From Takakia lepidozioides (Eukaryota > Plantae > Bryophyta), in NCBI GenBank assembly GCA_030704615.1, contig CM060733.1, positions 7,936,001-8,000,000 of the forward strand: a stretch of 64,000 nucleotides of DNA. Direction: 5' to 3'. The position numbers were made by a program, and so were the translations under genes. The notes under the pieces are model-generated. The model searched no databases and was not told the DNA's origin. It saw only the letters and a program-made list of their open reading frames with translations. This document shows positions 52,934-64,000 of this stretch, in pieces. How positions within the stretch are numbered: position 1 is the stretch's first letter; each line of letters begins with the position of its first letter.

Positions 52934-53116
52934 GACGTGGGATCCAAAACAGTGCCAGAATAAAATGGCAATGAAAGGTCTTGGTTCTTGGTCGCCAGAA
53001 GTCCTGCCATCGCTATTCAATGCTCCAGCAATGATTGAGCTAAGTTAGACGGACACCAAATAGTTAGTTTGCATGAACAGAAAGATAGATGGATGTGCGA
53101 CCACTTCTAAACTTAA

Positions 53117-54234
53117 CCCTTCAAGGACGAGCCTGTTTTTGGTGGGCCCCGTCTAAAACCAGACATACCCTCACGGATGAGGGTGTATCTCCCACTGGAC
53201 AAACATCCGAGGGGATGAACCGTTCCAAAGTCATCCTACCTACTTCATGCACCTCAAGTAAAAATTTCAGGAGAATTGACCGTTTAAAGTGGAAGATTAT
53301 AACAAAAAGTCTAGGCTTTTTTTTTTTGTTGGATATATTTTCAACATGAAAATTTGGTTTGACCAAGCAGATTGCCAACCTTTTTGATTTTTCATTGATG
53401 CAGCCTACCCAGATTCAGATTATATGGCACCCACAGCAAAGCCTCCCAAAATTCCAGAGCCAAATTCCAAAAATGCATAATGGTTGCTTTGTATGGGAAA
53501 ACAGGGGGGTCAAAATGCCAATTTCTCTCATGGGAAAAACACACCCCCCAAATGTGGGGCAATTTGTGAGGGAATCCAAATTCCTCTCGTCATGTTGTTG
53601 TTTGCCTACCTACCGAGTACCCTGGAAAAAAAATTCCACATTCTAAGCTCTTTGTAGCCAAAGATTGCCAAAAAACCGAATCCCTACTTGAATTGCCGGA
53701 GCCGGTGGACATTTCCGGCCAAAAAATCCGGCCACGTCATCACAAACCAAGGAAGTCACGGGGCCTCCACCCTGCGTTTCAGCGCTCTCCCTCCATGACC
53801 TGCCAACGGCCACCTGATTGGGCCACGCACTTAAACCCTACGCCGGGTGAGAATCTCCCGCCCCTGCCACCTGATTGGGCCACGTGCTTGGTGTTTCGCG
53901 CGTGCCGGGGTCCGCCGCTGTCCGCACGGGCGGACATGCAGCCCCCCCCCCCCCCCCGTCACCCGCTGCCGGCAAACGCCCACCCCCCAATCCTGCCTGC
54001 CACGTCTGCCAGTCAACCTGCTGACGGCCCAAAACCACAGGATTTTGGGTACCCCTCCAGATTCCTGACGGCGGGGGATTAGATTTTTTAGGGTGCGATC
54101 AACACAGGGGGCCGTAAATATTTATGGGCTACACTTTTCATTCAGGAATCGTTTTCATCCGACATGATCTGCGCATTTATCATCCAATCGAAATTTCGAC
54201 CCCACCCGATACGGGTCGCCTCGTCCTTGAAGGG
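53117..54234. mobile_element. Non-autonomous piggyBac-type element, 1118 bp
   Basis: TTAA|CCCTTCAAGGACGAG ... CTCGTCCTTGAAGGG|TTAA: perfect 15-bp TIRs and a TTAA target duplication; no transposase ORF. Confidence 0.88.
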
Positions 54235-54469
54235 TTAAGTAAGAGGGAATAAGGAGCCAATGTTTACTTGCATGTAGCAATAAAGTTAAGGTCAAATTTA
54301 GAATAATTCTTTACTGTTTTTAATAATAAATATGTGCTTGACATGGGCTGGTTTAGTCAATTTTTACTTCATAACTTTTATAACTTTTATAATTTAACTT
54401 TTGGCATTTGTTTCTTTTTTCTTTTTGTTAGAACAATTTTAATTTAGGTGATAATTAGAACGATGATTG

Positions 54470-56256
54470 TGTTGAAAATCAACTCCCGACCAAGTTACTA
54501 CACCTAGAGTTACTGTGATAACAAGTCAAACTTCCATAATATCATCGCTGACAAGTCACAGTTAACAATAGAGATAAGCCTCAGTTAGCTAAAGGATAGC
54601 TAAAGTTAGCTTCAGTTATTAGTGACTCGAGTCATTGTACCAGAATAACAGGTGGAGATATGATATAGTTATCTCAGCTATTTTTGGATTAGACTTTGAG
54701 TATAAATAGGGAGAGCTCGGAGGGTGGACACAGCTTGTTGTGGTCCTATGGTTGGGTGGAGAGTTCTCAGTAATCAGTTCATATTTTATCTCTATTCTCT
54801 GTCGAATTCCAACATGGTATCAGAGCAAGGTTCTGTGTAAGAGATAGAAGGAGATGAGTATTTGATTTACAACCAATAAGCTTGAGTGCTTGGGTTTAGA
54901 TCTGAAAGCTTGAATGCTTGGAGTTAGATCTGAAAATTTGAGGGTGTTTTATAGTTGGCAAAACATCAAACTAGCATCATGGCAACTTCTGCCGATCATA
55001 CTCGAGTTGAGAAGTTAGATGGTCACAATTTTCATACATGGAAGATTAAGATGGAGTTCATTCTTCATGAGAAAGATCTGTGAGATATCACATCAGGAGA
55101 AGCAGTTGTACAAGATCGTAGCCGCAGGGTTGACTCCTGAGCAACAACTTTTTGCGAAGAAAAGAGTTACAGAGATGTATGGTTCATTGATTTAGGGGCA
55201 TCTCAGTACATGACGTTCCAGAAAGAAGCATTCTCAACCTTCAAAGAACTATTTGTGGGACACAAGGTGTATCTTGGAGACATCAGTACTAGTCTTGATA
55301 TCTATGGAAAAGATATTGTTGTGTTTCAATTATCATCTGGAGTGTCGAAGAAGATCGGAGGAGTTCTCTTTGTTCCTGGATTGACAAAGAACCTATTGTC
55401 AATTAGTCAGCTAACTGAGCAAGGTCTTACGGTTGAATTTTCTACCAATCATTGCAGCTGGGTGAAGTTTGGCAGTGAAGTGATAGCGAAGGCAGTAGCT
55501 CTTATGGTGAAGTGACACCATAAGTTACGTTCCCTTAGGGAGGCATCATACTTTTTAAAAATGTTAGAATTCGACAGAGAATAGAGATAAAAGATGAACT
55601 GATTACTGAAAACTCTCCACCCAACCATAGGACCACAACAAGCTGTGTCCACCCTCCGAGCTCTCCCTATTTATACTCAAAGTCTAATCCAAAAATAGCT
55701 GAGATAACTATAGCATAACTCCATGCTTTTACTTAATTTATCTCTACCTGCTATTCTGGTACAATGACTTGCGTCACTGATAACTGTAGCTAACTTTTAG
55801 CTATCTTTTAGCTAATTGAGGCTTATCTCTATTGTTAACTGTGATTTGTCAGCACTGCTATTATGGAAGCCTTACTTGTTATCACAGTAACTCTAGGTAA
55901 TAGTAACTTGGTCAGGAGTTGATTTCCAACACCCCCACTCAACAAGTTACCAAGTTAAGCACTTAACTACTCCCATCAAGCCTTGAAAGCGTTGAAGCTT
56001 GTATATTGCAACACCAACAACATGGTTGCAGACATACTGACAAAAGGGCTTAGTGCTGAAAAGCTTTCGAGGCTTGATGGGAGTAGTTAAGTGCTTAACT
56101 TGGTAACTCGTTAAGTGGGGGTGTTGGAAATCAACTCTTGACCAAGTTACTACTACTTAGAGTTACTGTGATGATAAATTAGGCTTCCATAATAGCAATG
56201 CTGACAAGTCACAGTTAACAATAGAGATAACCCTCAGTTAGCTAAAAGATAGCTAA
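54470..56256 (+). mobile_element. Ty1/Copia remnant, heavily deleted and rearranged: LTR 54470-54814, PBS 54815-54826, gag/protease fragments, inverted LTR 55562-55931, RNase H tail, partial LTR 56122-56256
   Basis: TGTTG...CAACA LTR; PBS TGGTATCAGAGC (tRNA-iMet); EKLDGHNFHTWKIKM; WFIDLGASQYMT; VLFVPGLTKNLLSISQL; MVADILTKGL; PPT AAGTGGGGG before TG. Confidence 0.9.
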
Positions 56257-58344
56257 ATTCCCTTCACTAATCTTCAATAATGTTCTAAGGGTTTCTTCCC
56301 GGTTTTTTTTAAGAAAAAAGATAATAACTAAAAATAACAAAAAACGATTAAATATAAAAAATAAACTAGTAAATATCTATAAATACAAGACATATGAATG
56401 TAGTAAACAGGGATACGCCTGTTGAGGAAAAAAACAAATATAGATAAATGTTTTTAAAAAACAAATATAGATTATCTTTTCTTGTTGTTTTTGAGATTGT
56501 AGGTGGAGAGGGGATGTGAAAACTATGGAAGATGTCCCAGAAATGTCATGTCTCTCACACTTGTACTATAGCCTCAAAGGGAAACAATAGCCTAGTGGGA
56601 GGGGTTGGCACCCACCAGGATTCAGTTTATCCCTGCAGCTCAGCCGCAAGCATAGACTTCTTTTCCCCCAACTGCTACTAAGGTGCCGACAGAGGCATTT
56701 ACCAATACTTCGAGTAGAGACGCTGCCTGTTGCCTATGGGCATCAGGTACTTGAAGTCAAGGCCAGAGAGACGTGAATTTTAGCAACAAAATTTACCTCT
56801 ATTCCCAGTGCGTTTCTTACTTGAAAAAGACAAAGACCTAACCTTGTAAAAGACAAGTAATGATGCCTGTGACATTTTTGTTTGGTAATAATATATGAGG
56901 GCAAGACTACACTGAGATACGGAAGGGAGGCAGATGGCAGCAGCAAACACGAGTGAGTGACAGGAACCCATGTCAAACGGTATATGAGCCACGCATTCAC
57001 CCTCTCTCTCTCTCTCTGCATGCCTTATGTTCGGAGGAGATCTCGTAACGAAGGGATATGGCAAGCATTACACTCACATCAAGACAATCTATCGAACTGG
57101 AGCACAATCGCCACGCAAGCCGAGCACATAGACAGATCAGACGCTACTAGAAAGAATATGTGCAGAATAGAGTGACTTCAACGCTCGCCTGATGTAATTG
57201 CGACAAATCCTCCAAACCAGAGTAAGAAACAGGAGATAAAGGTAAGCTGCTGAGGTATCGCAAATGGAACGAAATGTACAAAGAACGGGAGTGTAGAGGG
57301 AAGAGGGAGCGTGTGTGAATATGTGTTCAAAGGATGATGGCATCACTTACCGACCCCGCCGGTTTTTGTTCCTGAATACGGGCTATATCCGGATATAGCC
57401 CATCCTCAATCTTTTGTGCCTTTCAAGATTAGATGTGGGTTGTCACGCTTGTTCTTTTCAAAATTGAGGTGTAAAGCAAGATGCAAAGGGCAATAGTTCC
57501 TGCTATAAGAGATGTTGATGAAGTGATGAGCTCCTCTCAAATGTCTGCAGTAAAACGCCGACCCTCCAGAGACACCCTGCTCATTCATGCCTCCAGAGGC
57601 AGAGAGAGAGAGAGAGAGAGAGAGAGTAGTTGGGAGTGGGGTTAGGAGCCATGGAACCTCTCAAGCGTCGGACGAGATTGACTCCCAGTACTGAGCGAGA
57701 GTCAAACTTGCTGATCTGCCCATTGTGCAGGTAGTCCCCCCCAAGCAAACAAGAAACCACCCGTCTCCCCCGCACCCGCCTGCCCCCTTTGAGAAGCATG
57801 AACGACCAAGGATGAGACCGTGAACCCAAACGCAAGACACACACACACAACCCACACGGTGCCACCACTTGTGTGGATTCCACATTATATGCTCCTCCAA
57901 CTGATCTTCACATCCACACCGCGCATAAAGGATTGATACTACCAAGTGCATAGGCTGGGACTTCTACTAAATAAAGCGGTTAAAGAAGGATTACTATTAC
58001 ATGGAGCCAACCATTTCGGCATTTCTCCTCATAAAAGAGGCAAGGGTGTCATTGCTCAGGCAGCTGGAAACATTGATATAGTGAAGAGGAGGCCTTGCTC
58101 ATCCATCACCCAACTTCAAGAGTGGTTCCAAGGCCTTGTATTGGAAGTCCTTCATCAAGCAATGGTGGTAGTAACTTGAGCTATCACCTTGAAGTGGGAT
58201 CAATCACTTGCGTGGTCTGCTCTATGCAGTACAAGATGTATAGCACACTGACTTTCATATGTAATCTAGGTGTCCGTTTATTTTCCAAGGAAATCCTTCC
58301 ACATATTAACAAAATGGGCCATTGAGAAGAAGAGCATGGGTGTG

Positions 58345-61300
58345 TCAAAATACTAGGCTAGGTCTAGCAGCTTCAGATTCATCATCATCAACTTCAGTGT
58401 ACTCATACCATTGAACTGCACTAGCTCCCACTGGCATTGGAGGTCTCACAAATACTTCCACAGCTTTGGGCGTATGTACATTGACTATAAAAGTACCCCC
58501 TATTTCTCTTTGTTTTGCACTGCAGGCTTCATCTAGGAATGGTGCTTGTCTGCTTGTGGTCCCCAGCGTCACCCAACCAAGCCCAGAGATGGTGATATCG
58601 CCTGCAGGTCTGCGCAACACACTCCACATGTCACCCCCAGTTAGCACATTCTTACAGTCCAGAAAGCTGGTCTAAAGTTCTCCCTGAAATTCCATACTGT
58701 GGTATAGCAAATGTGAAACCACCCACTGTTGGAAAGACAAACCCAAAGGTATGAGCACAATATCACATAGGCATATGCTTCTTCTATGGCTAAAGGACAA
58801 CAGGATTGACCTGGAGGCACTGTCAAGTGTAAGAGTGATCACATGTTGATTCACCAACCCAGACCAACTTGCAGCTTTCTCTACACCTGCCGGCGGAAAT
58901 AGGCTTCTGCCAAGCTCTTCCTGTCAAACCTCACATGACATGTTAAGCAATATCCAGGTAATGTAACCTGTTTACAGAGCCAAGTTATTGTAAATTACCA
59001 AAACAAAAACCAACAGAGGACATGCAAAAGGAAGAGCCATACTATGTAGAATGCCTGAGCTTGGGAAGTAGGAACTGTGATAACTGGTATTGAGCTGGGT
59101 CCATATAATGTCAGTGTTGCATTTGCTGGGGCCTGCAACCAAACAAAGACTGCATCAGTACAAATGTCCACAACAACTATAACTTCCTGACTACAAACTC
59201 AACCTAGTGAAAACGCCACCATGGAGAAAGAACTAGAAAACATTTACTCTATTTTAATTCTCCCAGACTTGACTCTCACAATAATTCATTTCAGAATAAT
59301 GCCCTGTTTTAACAAATAATAATAATGAAATTCAAAGAGAAAAACATATGGAACCTAATCTTGCCAGAAAAATTTCAGACCCACAACCTGCACAACATCA
59401 AATCGAGCAATGCCTCCCCACAACAGAGATTGTCCAACGAGACTTGTCGCCTCTGTTGTTTGCCACCCTCTCACTTTTAGATCATCAACTTGACTGCCAC
59501 CCTCTCCTGAAGAACTTAGTTGCTCCGCTGATTCTTCACCCCCTGGCTCACTTGTGAAAGAGGATCCTGTGAGAGGCCTCTCATAAGATGACTTTAAATT
59601 TGTAACAACCCTTCCCGACAGCCGGCGTCTGGGAGCAAGGAGGGGAAGGTCATCTGGACTGACAGCAGCTGCCATGCGATGATGAAGATGCACTCCAGGT
59701 GTGTCATACAAGCTCTGCACCATTCCACCCTGTCTGTAACGTTATCTCAATTGTCCATCTTACCTCAGTGTCTCTGGATCCATCCACAGTGTAGAGGAAG
59801 CCTCTTCAGTGCAACCTACAACTCTTACCTCACTACTGTGCCACAATTCTGGTCCAGCATGATTGTTCTTACTAGGACAGTCACACAAAGTTAGAGATGC
59901 CTACCCCTCCACCGGAAAAAGCTTCGATTTGTATGGGACCAAGGGTGGTGCCAGGCATTGCTGATTGAACCGGTCTGTACCTTTGTGCAGCTGCCGCCAC
60001 AGGATCTCTCTGACCCATCTCCTCTGCAAAAGCAAACCATCTTGGTGCTTACATCAGGTGAACTGCTCAGATCAGAACAATGACCTCTACCAAACCTTAA
60101 TGCCTCAACCTACTAATTACTGTAACAACAATGACAACCTTGGCTGAGGAGAGAGCAGAGTGCTTACGAAGTAATGTATTTATGAGAGCTGATTTTCCCA
60201 CATTAGCTGAACCCTGTATCAGTGCAGAAACATTTGAGTATTCATGACAAGGGAAAGTCATGCTCAAACACTGCCACTGTTTTTTAGCACAAATGTCCCA
60301 AAAGTTTGAGCAAAATAAGCATTGCCTTCCTGAAGATTGGAGCTATGCACTTATCCCCCTTCTTTCCCCATTCCTTCCTTTCTTTGATGTCTCCATGGTT
60401 GCAATGATTCTGCAGTGCTGTTAGAGATGCTTCCATAGGGAGGATGCCATTAAGTGACCACAGGTTATAAAATCGTGAATCAAAATCAACAACAAGGAAG
60501 ATGAGGCTGTCATGGATTGCAGCATAAATCATTGCCAAAGCTTCTCTTTCAGTAGTGCTATAGTTCCTCTCAGCACTGTTCAACAATCTGCTAGCATAGT
60601 ACAACTAGCAGTCATATCCACCGCCACGCCTTACAATGCCCAAATAGGCAAGTGGAACGCACCAAGATGTAGACATCACGGCCCTGCAAGCCGCGCCCAA
60701 CCAAACAAACATGTTTGTAGGTTAAAAATTTGGCATACTGTTGAGCCTTCCACTTCATACTCTTACAAAGACCTATGAATAGGAATCCCTCATCAATGTT
60801 GCTCAATGGCTAAGAGGGATAACTATGGACCGCACTATGTTGATATGTCCTGACCTCCACTTACATTACCATTTTTGGGTTATATGGGACCACTCGAGCA
60901 TGGAGCACAAGCAGAGACTTAAAGTATGCAACCGTAAGCCTACCTGCCTCTGCCGTTGAATAACACCAGCGACTCCAGATATCCCAGTACCCGCCTTGGC
61001 ACTTGTCAAGTGGATGCTAATAACACTGCAACAATCCCAAGCACGTTCACCACAATGTTAGCATTTGAAGGTACATTCTGCATTATGTACCAACGAAATC
61101 ATTTCTGCTGATGTACTGTTGTTCTGGTAATTTTACCTTTCGGAAGTCTGCCAAAGGAAAAAGTTATAAAAGTGGCAACACGTACTTGAGCTTCTTTGCC
61201 AGGGTAGCTTGTATCAACCAGTCACCAACAGCAGCCAGATCAGTACCCTTGGGAAGAAGGTCCACCTTTGATGCACAGTCCAATAACAGTAGGCCTCAGT

Positions 61301-63105
61301 CACAACATAGACAAACCACACCCTTTTGCACATGGCAATCCCTTGAGGGCTACAAAAGCAAACAATTTGTTCTGTGCCATAGAGAAGAAATCTTGTTGAG
61401 GTCTGGCAAATTTAAACAGAGACTTGCATAGGAAGTGGGTGCCCACAAACGAGCAGAATGACATTGCACAACTAACCATAATCTCGGACATGTTTCCGGT
61501 ATATACAGGACTATTTTCTGTGCAAATAAAAATGTGCACTTTAGCCCAATGAAAAAATTTTGTAAATGGAACAATGTGCAGATCAGAACATACTGTAGAG
61601 GGATAAACATGTGAACACCTTTGTAGCAACCAGAATTACGGGATTGGCCCCTATCAGATCACGAACTCGTGTTAAGAAGCTCCCATTGAAGTCCACAATG
61701 TCTACCTGCAAAGCCAGTGGCACCATTACTACTGACACCAACTCACAAAAAAGTCAGACACATCATGTTTCTGTATGTGTTCCCAATGGCCTCTAATGCC
61801 TAGCACCTATCTCGTACTACAAATGGAATGATGAACGTGAGACCAATGCATTGCGGTTAAGATATATTGACAGCCTGGTATTAAGAAGGAGACAAGTCCA
61901 GCTTTGGAAGACTCCACGGTCCAATATTAGAGGAGGCTTGATTTTGTAATGTGGGAGAAAGAAATCACGCCAGCTACTTGTTGTACCTGTTGTCCTACTA
62001 AGACTCCAATAACTAAGCACTTGAAGAGACAGATAGAGCCTCCCTGTCATGGTCAAACAGCGTACCAGCTTCACAATGAGTGCCTTCTCCTGTCGAAGAT
62101 GAGAAAGCTGAGACCGGAGCTCATCTGCTGAAACAAAGCCTTTTCCACTACCATAGCCTCCATTTCCACTCACTGCAGGGATCATATGGCCTTGACTCAG
62201 CAATACACACCTGCCGCAAAGGACAGTCTTCAGTTGATGATGTTTCTTTTTCTGCATCAGAATTGGCAGAAGAATCATGTTTGGGACAGAATTCTCTATC
62301 ACTTGAATGATCTGTATGCAGGGTGCAAAGTCATAAGTGCTATCCTCAAGGTTTGGTCCAAGCTGGTCTGGAGGCCAGACACACATCCATGATGGTCCTC
62401 ACATGTGATATTAAAATTCCTTGGGCGGAAGAAACTTTGTTTGGAACTGCTTGGAACTCTATAGGTAGTTCCAAGTTTCAGGTAGCCAAATTCAAAGTGA
62501 AAACTGTGGAATTCATATATCAACTAAGCCCTAAGCCCTAAACCCTGCACAATAACATCAAACAGGGAAAGGATGGCTGGTACCAATTCGAAAGTATCGA
62601 GAGGGAGATAACCAGGAGCTTCCACAACAGCATATTGGAGGAGAGCGCCACAACCGTAACAGCAAGGCTCAGAGCTTTTCGCTACTTTAGGCTTCTCTTT
62701 CTTCTGAGTGCGTTCTTTTGTTAATTTGAAGCCTGTTGCAGTTTGATCTTGAGTCTTCGCTACACGTCTTTCCAACGCACGCTCCAGGAAAATTTCACCT
62801 CTGCTTTTTCCTGTAATGTGTGCTGTCTTGCCCGACGCATCATCTCTGCCACCTTGTGGTTCGTCTGATTCACTCAAGTTCCTGAGAATCATTTGACTCT
62901 TTGCAACACTGTTACCTCTAATACCCCCTTCCCAGTCGTCCGCTCTTTCCAAAGCTTTCGCACCAGACTCAGTCCGGTAGCGTCTGCCAGGGAGCCACAG
63001 CAAATTGGTCCGCGGGCCCGGAGGCACATCAACACGTGCATAACCCGTGCAGAAGATGGTACCTGAGAAACGGAGACCATGGACTGTGGCAAAGGCTTTT
63101 TCCAT
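58345..63105 (-). CDS. NOA1: NO-associated protein 1 / RIF1, circularly permuted YqeH-family GTPase, multi-exon
   Basis: CYGCGALLQ..PGY; LCGRC.LLSQGHMIPAV; LRQEKALIVKLVDIVDFNGSFL; GANPVILVATKVDLLPKGTD; GSANVGKSALIN; QSAMPGTTLGPIQIEAF; LYDTPGVHLHHR; DITISGLGWV; EVFVRPPMPVG. Confidence 0.94.
60515..60720 (-). mobile_element. Gypsy RNase H fragment in a NOA1 intron
   Basis: YYASRLLNSAERNYSTTEREALAMIYA. Confidence 0.8.
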
Positions 63106-63868
63106 GGCAGACTGCTCAGCTGCTCCTCACCTTGATGCACTTCACAACCCTACACAGTCATGTAAGCAAGCTCCCTGATCACGGAGGGGTGACCTTTGTG
63201 ATGGTCCATATTCTACCTTTCTGCGATTCTCCCTGAGATTCTCCCTGCAATCCAGCGAGAGTAATTTACGATTGCGAAGCAGGGAGCAGGTGGGTGGGAG
63301 GGGCACATCCTCAAATGTATGAAATGTGAAGGCCGCGGTCCATATTGTCTGCATCAAAAGCACAACACTGCTAGCAGCGGAAGAGGAGTCTGCTGCACCT
63401 GTTTCCCCACCTCAAAACTACATAAAAAGTCTAGGTGATAGTCACCCATATTACTCAGAAGAATCCCTACATTACCTACTTATGCAAAGGCAGGCACAAA
63501 CAACCAACTACAGGCTGCCTGCTGAAGTGCAGGGAGAGGGACTGAAAGACAGAGGGCAGCACCAACTTATGGAGCAAAGAAAGAACGTAAGAGAAAATGT
63601 TTAGGGACGGCATCAGTTCGTGGCTAACAAGATACCCCCATCCACCCCTCTAGGGCAAAGCACCAACCTTACCAGCTGATCAAAACCGTCGCCAAAACCT
63701 GGAACAGCGTACGTTGCTGCAGACACGCTGAGCATGCATCCAGCACCTGCTCATCAACGGACCTCCAGTTTTTTATTCATCACAATTCCACACTATCCAT
63801 CTCGGCTGTTCTTATCTAGAAATTCTACTTATTACAGAGGGTTCCAGACTCATCACTAGCTATTTGAA

Positions 63869-63975
63869 CCTATCCACATTGGGCTCCAGAAACACTTCGT
63901 GTATCTAGTACCACACAAACAGCAATTTCTTCAATTTCAGGTGTTAACAATCATTCTCCGCATATGGCATCTTCT
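63869..63975. repeat. Second copy of the 3643-3750 LINE-associated sequence
   Basis: CCTATCCA.ATTGGGCTCCAGAAACACTTCGT...CAGCAATTT...ATTTCAGGT.TTAACAATC is shared. Confidence 0.8.
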
Positions 63976-64000
63976 CTTCAATCCGACGACCGAAAATCTT

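Overview
Eukaryotic nuclear DNA from a green plant (probably a non-seed land plant, an inference): intron-rich genes mixed with decayed transposons. Host genes recognised: the last two exons of UFM1 (plus a decayed duplicate about 10.4 kb downstream), a frameshifted F-box pseudogene, tRNA-Ala(AGC), a 13-exon soluble UDP-glucuronate decarboxylase (UXS), a multi-exon B-box + DUF2786-like gene, a small probably plastid-targeted protein with a likely GC-AG intron, an At1g76660-like Pro/Ser-rich protein, a broken restriction-endonuclease-like + kinase-like gene, and NOA1/RIF1. The standout is a ~10 kb minus-strand Ty3/Gypsy LTR retrotransposon (16858-27160). Its polyprotein carries a nearly full-length, non-permuted DNMT3-like C5-cytosine methyltransferase domain between protease and RT, and a PHD finger after the integrase. 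Its LTRs are circularly permuted with a tail-to-head junction. Also present: a TTAA-flanked piggyBac-type non-autonomous element, a Copia remnant folded into an inverted repeat, a tRNA-derived SINE, and hAT and LINE fragments. All family assignments come from motif recognition by eye; no searches were run.
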